DNA of 64,000 bases, from the NCBI RefSeq assembly GCF_000150275.1, contig NW_002060950.1, forward strand, positions 130,679 to 194,678, written 5' to 3'. The first letter of the stretch is position 1; each line of letters opens with the position of its first letter. The position numbers and the translations under genes are program-made. The notes beneath the pieces were generated by a model, which was not told where the DNA came from, made no database searches, and saw only the letters and a list, made by a program, of their open reading frames with translations. Below, one piece after another: positions 19,140-31,282 of the stretch. The stretch comes from Trichoplax adhaerens. Lineage: Eukaryota > Animalia > Placozoa.

Positions 19140-22100
19140 TTACGCGAAGGATTCTATAGTTTCACCAATAATGTCGATACATTCCTTTAGCTCTTTTTCC
19201 GTCATTACAAGAGGCGGTGCAAATCGAATTTTGTCACCATGTGTCGGCTTGGCTAGCAGACCGTTATCTCGCAAGCGTAAACAAATTTCCCAAGCATTAA
19301 TATCTACCGAGATAATGATTATAATTATAAATATCTTGCAAGACATTAACGATGAAAATCGTGTATCCATAACTAGTGCGTAAGTATAAAAGTACAGCAA
19401 CGTTTCCGTATGTACCTTGTTTATTGTTAATAACAATTGCTTGTAGCAGCCCCTTTCCTCTTACCAACGATATGATATCGGGATTTAATTCCCGTAATCC
19501 ACTCTGTAACATTGAACCTAAATACTCGGCTCTCTCAGCTAATTTCTCTTCCTCGAGGACCTGTAAGCAAAATTAATAAGCTTAACAATATTCTACAGCT
19601 AATAAAACTTTAAATGTTCAAAACAATCACCTAAATATCAGTACGATTGACTTAGTATCTACACACAACGTACCTGCAAAGCGGTTATAGCTACAGCAGA
19701 AGCAAGAGGATTGCCTCCATACGTTGAGCCATGCTATTGTTAAAATGATAGTTAAATAATAACATCTGAAAGATCATGTCTAAGGCATAGCAATATTATG
19801 AATCCTATCTCAGCCTAACTGAAAAATTTGCTAAGAATTAGCAAATACCTGTCCTGGTTTAATTGTTAGCATAATTTCATCATCACAAAGAACAGCAGAA
19901 ATCTATGGATATAAATTGATGAAATGAATTCAAAGAAAACGGGGCTAATTGTATGCGGGCTTACATATGCATTTAAAAGTAAGTTATTTCACGTAATCGA
20001 ATAGAAAGTGAGTAAATAATAATATAATCAACAGCTCCTTGTTAAATCTAACCGGATAGACACCACCAGATAATGCTTTACCAAGTGTCACTATATCAGG
20101 TCGGACATTTTCGTGATCACAGCATAGACGTCTACGACCGAAATTCGCAGTTGAAATTAGTAACGGCTGATCGTATAAATGAAACTAAATATGGTTAAGA
20201 CATCTATTGACAGAACACTATTATCGTGACCTGAACATTAAGAAGCAAACGTTAAATCTACATATTAGTAGGTGAAAGTGAGCTTACTCGTACTACTAGA
20301 ATAACGTAAGAAAATATAGCAACTATACCAGATTACATAGCCTACACGGTATTTATCCATCCGTTAGTAGCAGTACAAGCGAGTCAGTCATTTTAATAAG
20401 GTTTTATATAACAAAATATAGTCAAGACTTCATAAATATCTGAAAATCTATATAAAAATATATTATTGTAATTTAATTCGGACAATTCGTACTACCTTCC
20501 AGTTCGACCTAGACCAGTCTGCACTTCGTCCGCAATGAAGAGTACCTGTTGTTAGAAATCACAGTCGCTAAATTTTCAAGTACAGTAAGTATTATCAAAT
20601 TACTAGTTTGCCAGTATTATCAGCTTCTGATTTAGTAATGCACATGAAAGTACGATAATAGTATGAGCTAGAATATTGTTAATCCTGATACTCAATGTCT
20701 TACATTATGCTTATTACAAAGCTGACGAACACTGGAAATGTAACCTTCATCAGGCACAACCACGCCGGCTTCTCCTTGTATAGGCTCTATCATAAAGCCC
20801 GCTACATTAGGATCTGATAAAGCCTTCTGTAAAAACAATCCACAAGAAGTTCATAAATAACACTCCAACCAATCCAACTTCGAGTACTAGTGAAATTGAT
20901 TCTACGATTTTCACGTCACTTGCTAAATCCAAAGTCAATTAAGATTGTTTAGATTTATGTTCGTTAAAGGCAAGGGAAAATATTGTTGCCGTACTATCAT
21001 ATCGGAGCTGAATCATTAATTTTCCTCAAACATATTCACTTACAACCAATTTATAACTTTTTAATGTACATTATAAGAACAGTACATATAACACATACAC
21101 CTATTGAAGGTCCGATCTTTCTAAATTGATGTAGTGTGATATCGTGTTATATCAGGGTATCTTTTCTATTAGGTAGTAGTTCCTTGCTGTACGGTATCGA
21201 GATTCAAATGCTATTTACATGTATTACTACATACGCTCAATCTCCATAGTGAATTATAACAGAACAGATTCGTCCGCGCTCTGATGGCGACTACAATAAG
21301 CTGTAAAGTGCGCCTAAAGTCGACTGCGAATGTATGGCATGACATTCAATATTAATGAAAACAAGATATAAATGATATGACCAATGAATATACTGTACTA
21401 ATAATAATAACAGTGAAAAACTTTTAAGTGCAGTCCCGTTTTGTAGGTGCTTAACTGCCTTGGTATAAGTGTACAACTATATTGTGCACAACAATTCATT
21501 AATACGTAGGTTAAATAATTACTGTATAACTAAATGTACATTGTACATTCTATATCATAACTCAAAAATGTAAGCAAGAAAGGGGCTGGGTCGATGTCGG
21601 TAGAAAGACTCTTATAACATTAGAGTATATAACATGGACCGTGGCATATACAGTGTAGCACAACGAATGTAAAGTTTATACCAGCATGGAATAGTGTTGA
21701 ATTGAAATATTCAGTAAATTAATTAGTAAATCCATAAATGCAATATTTCAGAATACTATAAAACTGTACCACTTACATCAACAGCTTGTAAGTCATTGTA
21801 GGGTATGATTTCGAAATTAGGCATGAAAGGCCCGAATCCACCTCGACTTTCTGGATCGGTTGATGAAGAAATTGCTGACAGGCTTCGTCCCCAAAAGTTA
21901 TTTTCTGCAAATATAATCTTAGCCTGATTTGCCGGGATGCCCTTCACGTCATATCCCCACCGACGAGCCAGTTTGACAGCAGTTTCGCAAGCTTCAACGC
22001 CAGTATTCATTGGTAAAACTTTATCGTAGCCGAACAATGAAGTTATATAACGTTCATATGTTCCGAGCTTATCATTATAAAACGCCCGAGAGGTCAGGGA

Positions 22101-22418
22101 TAATACTTCAGCTTGTTCCTTCAGAGCATTGACAATTTTAGGGTGGCAATGACCCTGATTAAGTGATGAATAACCACTTAAAAAATCGTAATACTTTTTA
22201 TCTTCAACATCCCAAACGTTTACCCCTTTACCACGTGCCAAGGCAACAGGAACGGGTGCATAGTTATGAGCACCGTAACGGTCTTCAGCCTCAAATACTT
22301 CTTCTGATGGTGATAGTCTCTCCACCTTTGAAGGCTTACACATCCGAACAGTAGAAGTTCCAACACAACGTCGGAATATGCCTTTCACTATTTGACTACT
22401 TCCATATTTCGTAAACAT
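19140..22418 (-). CDS. OAT: Ornithine aminotransferase, mitochondrial (class III PLP aminotransferase); 8 exons approx 22418-21777, 20826-20704, 20545-20496, 20132-20053, 19902-19849, 19733-19674, 19560-19415, 19304-19140
   Basis: [77 protein letters not shown] lysine in [36 protein letters not shown]. Basic N-terminal presequence. Confidence 0.97.
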
Positions 22419-22521
22419 TTTCCTTCAATTAACAATTAACAATCAATGGAAGAACTGATCAGACGTATATAGTCCACAGTTGAATTTATTGATTTGGTGG
22501 CGAGTAGTAGTCAAATAATGA

Positions 22522-23600
22522 TGTACAGTACAGTATACTGTAGCACGGTACAGTACTGTACAGTGTACACTGTACAGTATACAATACAGTACAGTTAACG
22601 GTACAGTACATCCGGTGATTAAATCTGCTGCTGATTAGTTGAATCTTTCGAATAAAGAAGTATACAGCATTTCATTATCAAATAAATATTGAATGAACCC
22701 TTAAGGTAACTGTTCAATCTTTATGCTCTAACTCCTACTCGAACATGCATTATCAGTCACAGTCATAGCAATCGAATATTATAATCAGTAGCCATTGCTC
22801 TAGCTTGGTAAGAATCAGCAGTGCGCTCTATACTGTACGTTCTACTACTAGAAATAAATAAGTTCTACTGTAGTTTGAGGGTTTTTTTTTTTTTTTTCTA
22901 CTTTATGATCCAGGTCTTCTTTAGTCTATGACTACAGTACAGTACAGTACTATTACAGTGTACAGTACATTGCATAAGAATGACCGGCGTGATGCAATCA
23001 TGTACTGTAGGCTGAGTATACAGTACTGTACAGTACAGTACTGTACTGTACTGTACTGTAGTACTGTAGAAAGAATTTATTGGGAAAATTCTTTCTTTTT
23101 TCAGAACAGTACAGTACCAGTACAGTACTGTACAGTACTGTACTGTGCAATGTACTGTACACTGTACAGTATAGTACTGTACAGTACATACTGTACTGTA
23201 CTGTTGTATTCTGCTCTGGAATATAGTTATCCATTTTGGGCCACCGTACTTACCTCACAGCAAGTAATTTACCTAAACTAAGTGCCGGCGGTTAGTACTA
23301 GTTAGCACCTTGGTTTAGTTGCGGGGGGGAAATACTGTATTTTTGTTGATTTTCTGGCGATAAATGCCAGAAAATTATCGTACAGTACTGTACACTAGTA
23401 ATACGACTATAGTGCAACTGTAAACAAAATCAAGAATAAATAAAATAATTCTAACCTCAAAGACTGGGACTCGGAACGGATAGGACGTCGCCGAGGCTTA
23501 CTGTAATTGCTGAAACGACTACTAAACTATACTGTATACTGTACTGTATACTGCAGTTTAGAGCACAGTACTGTACTGTATAGCACAGCCATACAGTAAG
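22522..23600. repeat. TACAG/TACTG islands in the divergent OAT/BIN3 interval (22522-22610, 22930-23210, 23380-23600), with a T16 tract at 22882-22897
   Basis: Read directly from the sequence. Confidence 0.93.
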
Positions 23601-23636
23601 GTAACTTCTTTCATTTAATCAAGACTTGCTCAATTT

Positions 23637-26600
23637 ATGTCGACAGAAGACGAGAGAAATTTTCAGAAATTTCAGAGTCATCCAATCCTATCAACAAACG
23701 TGAATTGATATCGTTCCAAAGAGATATTATAGCGGACAAAAAGTGCTTTAGTATGCCCTTTAAATTGGGATTTGTTCTAAACAAACGTTATATTGGTGTA
23801 AGTTAATAAATCGAAATCCGATAGCAATGACTTGTATTGGTAGATGATGTTTTGCTTGTACAGTACCACAGCACGAAAATGCGCCTGTGTAATAACAATC
23901 CCGATTAATAAATTACCTGTTCAAATGAACGTGAAGATATTAATCCGCACAAAGCCATAAATTAAAAGAAAATGAACAGATAGACTGATCAGATGGCTAT
24001 CCTAAATATGTTCCTTATACGTTGAACACCAAATAATACAGTACAAAATTTCGCAACACTGAACTACTGACCAAAACACAATTCATAGATCCATCCAATC
24101 AACAATTTTTGATAATGCCGCAATAAATAACAAAGATAGAATTTATATCGCGTAAATAGAACAGGAATGCCACCTTCGTATCACTCTATAAATCATAATA
24201 ATTTTTTTAATTTCGTTTACTGTATAGGGAGACAGGCGGTTAGATGAATACTGTAATGAATTACAACAGTAAGTACAATGATAAAATTGCTGTCGCTTCA
24301 CAGTAATAAAATTAATTTTATTTTATTTTATGTTGTAAAGTGATGTAAACTCGTGTAGGCGTAAATGGATCACCATCATGCACACAGTGCAATATTGTAT
24401 AATCATAAAGTAGTACCATGCTGTAGTGTAGTAATTGTACTATACAGTAAATTTCTGCATATTGCATTTAGTCATACTGTACACTATATTAAACAGCGTA
24501 CAGTATCATGGACTACTAAAAGTACATCATGGTATTTTTAGTAGTCTATGACAGTATATTCGTTAGCCGCAGTTATCCATAAAAGTATACACTGAGTTCT
24601 TACACTGCATATTAAGAAATATTACTACTGAAAATAGCAATGATGGCAAGTAGTGCGCAGTATGCTTTAATTGTATCAATAGCATCAGAGGCATAAAATG
24701 TAGTGACTTCTGCAATATTGTAAGGATTTTAAGTGTCATTATTCAATTTTTAGCGTGGAAAGCTGTGCAAAGAAGCTATTAAAGGATGGCAAGAAATGCA
24801 TTGACGTTGGGAAAGGTTCAAAGCATTGTTAGCTGTACCTTTAGATGTATTATTTACAGTGGAATTCGTTAGCATTATACCTTTCTGGGCACTTTGCATA
24901 GTACTTTTAGAATAATAACCTAAAAATGAGAATTTATCGCATAGACTGCTCATAATTACGTAAATCTAATCGAAATATAAATCAAATTATTATTACGATG
25001 CATGAGTATGCCTGTTTTATCTTCCTTTGCAGCAACCATGAAAATTGAAGAGCAAGTCTTTGACTGCTTATGCGATGTGCATAGCTGCGTTGGAAAATCA
25101 AACGATCGATTGGTACTTCAATCACTATATTTCTCTTATTACATTAACTATTTCATGTTTAAAATATAACTCAATAATATCCTTACATCCCAACAGTGTA
25201 TATATATATATGGGATGCATTCGATAGTAGCTTGTTTAATTAAAGCAATACAGATTAGATAAATTAAAATGCCGTGCTTAATGTAATCACTAATGTGATT
25301 CAACACTAATTAATCTTATAGCATCACATATTAATAATCCAATGTCTGTTGAATACTATTGCTTATCTTACACTTAAAATTCAAAACTAAATCCTAGATT
25401 GTTCCTACGGTGCTTTACTATACAATACATTGAAGTTAAAGGTTTTAGCCAGCCATAAGTAGCATTACACGAAAATTATCGCATGTATCTAAGGACAGTA
25501 CTACACTATGAGCTGTTATGTACTAACACTCCTGACGCCGAATGTTAATATCATTTTTATTATCATTATATTACTCTACTCTAAGAAACATTACGTTCTG
25601 TGATTGTGGTTAGCAAAAGTAGTTTATACTACGCAAAGCCAGCGGACTGTGTATTTGTAGAAGTTGAACATAATCCTTCGATCTTTCTCTGCGAAATTTC
25701 TTTGAAACAATTAAAAAATGCGATAGCCAAATTAAGCTAGTAATAGCGAGATTTATTGACGGCTAAAACAGTCGAACTAATGACATAACCGCGAACTGAA
25801 ACAGTGAACTGACTGTACGGTGTTACAAGCAAACTTTTGAATATATGCAGTACATTGTTGCATCTTATAATCAGATCACATTTCTAGAACCTATTACAAT
25901 AGATCTGTTAATAGATAATCGCTGATCAGTTCATTTACATTATATTGCATTTGGTATCGCTTAGTAAGCACAATTCTGTTGGCTAGCTGATAGAAAATAT
26001 TGCTTGATCATATTGCGCGCACTATTCCACTTTATAACTAGTTCACTATCAGATAAACCCAGTTATCAATTCTAGATTCTGAAGTTAGTATCTATTACAA
26101 ACTGAGAGGAATGTAATAATTTTACGAACTATTCAATTTGACACGATGATCATTCTTTTTCTGGCTTAATATTATAATTAGATAATACACCTTAAGATCT
26201 ACTCAATGCTTCTCATTAATATGAAGTGACGCTATTAATTTTTTCTTAGGCTAATGACGTTGATATTCTTAAGGAAAGTCTACACCACACAGCTGAAGGA
26301 TTGGTAATGTAGCGTATTAACTTTATAAAACTAAATGGACATGGCTATTTGATTAGCGTTTAATATCCGAAAGTTCCTCTTAAAGTACAATATGCACGAA
26401 TGTATTACGACAGCGAATTTTTCAATTCGTAAGAGTATGTTAATTTTTGTGTAGATTTATAATTTTCGGAAGACTATTGCTGAGCCTCTCCACAGGTAAT
26501 ATTCGATACTGCTTAGAAAGTTACAGAGAAGTCTAGTATGAGAAAATTAAGCAAATCATTTTTGTTACTTATACCACGTCAAAGATTGAATTCAATTTTT

Positions 26601-27509
26601 CCCCACGCAAATGCAGCTATTGCAAAGTTCGATGGCACATTTAAGGTAGTAGCTACTGCTATACTCGTATTGTTACAGTATAAGGATACCGTAGACCACA
26701 TGTTCTCTTAACATTTTAATATAGGAATGTGAAAAATTACAGGCCAAAGTCGATAAATTAATCGATAAAGCACGTTCTCCACAGCAAGATGTTAAGCTAG
26801 AACAGGTATTCAAATACAAGGTTTCAAACAATTGCTACGAACGCTTCAACGGCTTGGTTAACTTACTAATCTAACTTTGTCATACACGTAGTAAACTAAG
26901 TTAACGACATTGCAGCAATCATTCGAAGTATTAAGTATGTCCATGATGCCGTGCTGTATTAATATACGGTTTTCATCTAGAATGAAAAAGCGTTAGCACG
27001 AGTGAAAGCCGAATACGAAAAAAGTCACGAGGCATTACTAGAGGTAATTACTGTAATTGACACCACTTTATACTCATATTTGGTGTAGTAGTATTGCAAC
27101 GACTAGACACTTTTATCGATAGGACGTAGAAAGCTTTTGTCGGAATTATCGGGAATACTTCAATGCCAGTATAGAAGCTTATTTTAAAATGCAGGTATGG
27201 CACGATTTCATTACATTAACCATGATATTTTAAAACTTTAAATGGATAAAATACTTTATGAACTACTGTATTAATTCCATGTTATGGTTAGAACCTTATA
27301 GAGCTTTTATGACACGATATCAACTAATTTCTATCATCCCTTGTGACTTTTTGGCGCTCAATTATTATCAGGCACTATTTTATGATGACTACGACAGGAC
27401 CTTAGACTCTATCTCTAACAATTTTGATTTAACTGCCGCTGAATTGGACGATAGCGCATTTGATGACTACTTGAAAGAACAAATAAGACTATTGGGATCT
27501 GACAGCTGA
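23637..27509 (+). CDS. BIN3: Bridging integrator 3-like BAR-domain protein (small exons; 5' exons and start codon tentative)
   Basis: Exons from about 26250 to 27509 splice to ...IYNFRKTIAEPLHRLNSIFPHANAAIAKFDGTFKECEKLQAKVDKLIDKARSPQQDVKLEQNEKALARVKAEYEKSHEALLEDVESFCRNYREYFNASIEAYFKMQALFYDD...LGSDS*. This parallels BIN3 (KTVIEPLKKFGSVFP...LQAKVEK...). Candidate upstream exons near 23637, 24228 and 25030 are unverified. Confidence 0.72.
24500..24557. mobile_element. 44-bp TIR-only element / P-superfamily-like footprint with 7-bp TSD
   Basis: ACAGTAT | CATGGACTACTAAAAGTAC ATCATG GTATTTTTAGTAGTCTATG | ACAGTAT; 19-bp arms with 2 mismatches. Confidence 0.7.
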
Positions 27510-28735
27510 AATCTAAACATTTACTTATGTCACAGTTCATGAACACTGTTGTAAATACTTTGCTACTAAACCACAGTAAATTCGATGACGATAACGTTAT
27601 GCTTTATCGTAACTCGGCATCTTCTATTTCTATGCATTCCGCACTTTACAGGTATATTTTCATATCTGAAGCATTTACTGATTTAAGACTCCTTTCCAGA
27701 TTTCATAAGTTAATAAAATGCGTAGAAAAATGTTGTAATATCCATTTTAGGCGCTACTGTACATTTTTTTAATACTGTAGTCCTCATCAGTCTAGGACCT
27801 AACATGGTTCAGTCAAGTAAAGTGCTTGACAAGCATTAGTTAATTGCTTGTATGCGTATATATATTAATGGACAGTAACAATAAAATAACTCAAGAGCAA
27901 ACTGCTGTTGCCTTTATTTACTGTAATCTTTGCATATGTGCACTTGCAAAGATACAGGGCTACACTTACTGTGCTATAGTATATGCTGTATCATTTGCCA
28001 TTTTAAAACCGCTACAGTACTGGTAAAAGCTGAGAACTTTTATTAAATGAAAAGACCGAATGGAGATCATACTTCTTCACGTACACGACGTAGTACTTGT
28101 TTATTAGTGATGGCTCTAACGCTGGATATCGAAATATTGACTGTACGTATAGCGTACAAAAGCTAATTTCTTATAACGACTTTATCAGGGCCTTCCATAC
28201 AACATGATTTATGAAGCTATTACAAAATGTCCTTTGGGACTATTTCAAATGGCATGCATTTGCGACAAAGGTGTCATAATGATTATTTCAATAATATAAT
28301 CAGATAGGTAAAAAATGAATGCTCGGGTTAATGCTGCATAAATACTCCAGAAAGCTCAAGCATTTTAATACCCGGCTACAAGAAATATTATTAAGTCCAT
28401 ATTTTACTTCATAGAACATAACTTAAAAATTAATTAATCGAAGTATTGATAAAAACAAACACCACACGAACATGTATCATTACATTTTGACAGATACAAA
28501 TCTATATATACTGTAAAGTAGCTGAAATATAGCTACGTGCTAGAGACTGAAGTGAAACTAAACTCCACCGCAGTTTACCATACACCAGCACAGAAGTATA
28601 AATCAACGGCATTCGGTCAACATAGCCCTTTAAGAGGAGCATTATATAAAAGAACGCAATGATTCCAACGGCCGAAAGTCGCTTCTGCAGTATTCATTAT
28701 TCACTTTCAACGAACTGATCTCTGGAACGGCTATT

Positions 28736-29515
28736 TTATTTTATTTTCTTAGATACAGTATTATCATCCTTCAATTTAGAAGAGAGCTTTTGCTTAGCAG
28801 ACTTTTTCGAGAAAAACAATATGAAAAGGATCAGAAAAACTGCATATTGCAGCATTAGCCATACATAAGTATAAATATTTCCCATGCACATGCGACCTGT
28901 TACAGCCAGGCCTACCATTGTCATTAACACCACCGTGAACTGAATCAACTGAATGACTGTAACCCAACTTGCCCATTTTCTAATACGATGATCAACTATA
29001 GCAGTGGCATAGTAGGCATACATGATAACATGTACGAAACTATTGCTGAAAGGTCCTAGCCAGGAACTGGATACTGGATAATGCCAAGCAGACCAGGAAA
29101 TACTCGGTGTAACAAAATGATGATAAACATGCAAAACCCACTTAACGTCAATTTCAGACTTTTGAGCTAATATTAGAAATAGAGTATCCATATATTCAAT
29201 GTATTTGCTAAGATAAAATACATAAAAATAATTATCCATGCCCTCGAGTAGCTTGCCTTCTGGATCGCAAAAATATAGAGACCCTTGTAGGTTATAACGT
29301 TTCCAATTGGAATAAAGTGCGCGAGAGACACCAATGAAACACCATAAGGAGAAGGCAGACATTATAACATTATAAACTATTTTGACCAATTTTAACTGTA
29401 TAGGCTTACAACCTTGCATTAGACGACGTAATAAGTGCACAGTAAGTACGTATGTTACTCCATAAATAGCCAAATCAGCCACGCTGTGATACTGTAGTCT
29501 TTGTTCGTTATTCAT
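28736..29515 (-). CDS. ELOVL: Fatty-acid elongase (ELO/GNS1/SUR4 family), single exon, 259 aa
   Basis: FYLSKYIEYMDTLFLIL, histidine box LHVYHH, NSFVHVIMYAYY, TVIQLIQF, several TM helices, C-terminal dilysine-type ER retrieval tail (SKKIK). Confidence 0.93.
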   Translation of the reverse strand: MNNEQRLQYHSVADLAIYGVTYVLTVHLLRRLMQGCKPIQLKLVKIVYNVIMSAFSLWCFIGVSRALYSNWKRYNLQGSLYFCDPEGKLLEGMDNYFYVFYLSKYIEYMDTLFLILAQKSEIDVKWVLHVYHHFVTPSISWSAWHYPVSSSWLGPFSNSFVHVIMYAYYATAIVDHRIRKWASWVTVIQLIQFTVVLMTMVGLAVTGRMCMGNIYTYVWLMLQYAVFLILFILFFSKKSAKQKLSSKLKDDNTVSKKIK

Positions 29516-29649
29516 CCTTCTCTTTTACTATATGCACTCAGTGCGGGTAATTCTCGATTGAGAGTTTAGAGGAAGTTAATTCAGGTCAGGTCGAGATGGA
29601 AGATGATTGAATTCTCCGCGCACAGCAAGCTTTAAATTTGAATGAAACA

Positions 29650-30520
29650 TTGTACAGTACAGTAGTTTGTACTGTGTACTGTATAGTACAGTACAATCCT
29701 GTACTGTATAAAACTTGAGTATGAATGTGCAGTACAGTACTGTACTGTACTGTACGCTGTGCAGGTTCTCTGTTGAACTTTTATCATACTGTACTGCAAA
29801 AGAAAAAATCTCAAAGTGTGTATCATAGAGTTAATTCTAGTAGGTTAACTCCATGGTGTGTATACTGGAGCGTACACTATTGTACTAGCTCATAACTGCT
29901 GTGCTGTACTGTACGGTAAAGTACTGTATGTGCACAAATAATAATAGTAATATTACTGTACTCAGTGTACTGTAATGTTACAGTACAGTAATATGATATG
30001 AACTCTAGCTATGATATGATTTACATTATAATAAGGATAACACGTGACGCAACTGCAGATAGTCATTCTATTCGATTCGATTGGTTAACACATTGATCAT
30101 CCGATCTTTCGATTTGTACGATGCCATGCGCATCGTGATGGCAGGGACAACAAAATTACCGGTGTTTCGGCAATGGATAAGTGATGGGATGGAACATACT
30201 GTACTGTAGAATTCCTATCGCAGAGGTTCATTGAGATCCATGACGATAAACCCTGGGCCTGAAACTGCAGTACTGTGCATACAGTACAGTACTTGTAGTG
30301 TACACTGCACAACGTGCTTATTTTCGTTTCCAACTTTTGGATGGCAAAGTACAAAGTTATTACTATTACAGTACTATGTGCTTCGACTGTTCTTGCATAA
30401 TGGTACAGTACTGTACAGTACTGTACACTCAGTGTACAGTATAGTAACTTTATTTTACGTCTTACAGTATGTAGTGTACAGTACATTAGTACTTTTGTAC
30501 AGCATACAGTACGGTACACG
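29650..30520. repeat. TACAG/TACTG island upstream of ELOVL
   Basis: Read directly from the sequence. Confidence 0.92.
29816..29863. mobile_element. 32-bp TIR-only element / P-superfamily-like footprint with 8-bp TSD
   Basis: GTGTGTAT | CATAGAGTTAATTCTAGTAGGTTAACTCCATG | GTGTGTAT. Confidence 0.7.
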
Positions 30521-31282
30521 GATACGCAGCAAAGCGACGGGAGTTTGCACTAGTAATAATAATTATAATCGACTTGATCCAATCATTCTGAATGAACGTT
30601 TAAGATTTTCGCAATTCACACAACACGAAATATTGTAGAAAGACAAACAGTTTACCGAAATGTGTACAGTATACAGTATATAGATGTACTCAATTATTCA
30701 TACTACTGCACTGTAGCCATCGCCTCTGGCCTCAAAAGTTACGGTATGATTTTAGTGTACTTTCTGTAGTACTTACCACGAGGTGTCTGCAATGTGCGGA
30801 AAGCGAACCTATATTCATGACTGTGCGTTGATTACAGGCCGTTACAACCGTAATTAGATGCGATATAATGTAAATAATGGATTTTAATAAATGATAGTAA
30901 ATCAAGGTCAATTTTCTTAAAAAGTAATCATAATAATAGTATTTCGTAATCGACTATGAAGATAGGATTAAGTAGCAGCATAGTCTGATTGTTTATTATC
31001 AAACAACATCAACGCAACGCAACGTAAAAGGTTTTAATAAAATCCATCCAGATAACTAACATACAGTACTGTATCAGGCTACGGTTCGAATCGTAAAGAT
31101 GACAGCATTGCAACACAAACCAGGGAAAACCCTTATTAATCTGCCTAGCAAATCACAGTTTACACATTTAAGATATACGTATAGCTTAATACGCGTATAT
31201 TCACTATCAGATTGTTATAACTATTACTATGGCATGTGCAATCCTGTTAAATTTTAAAAGTTTAAAATTCACTAAAATTGAT

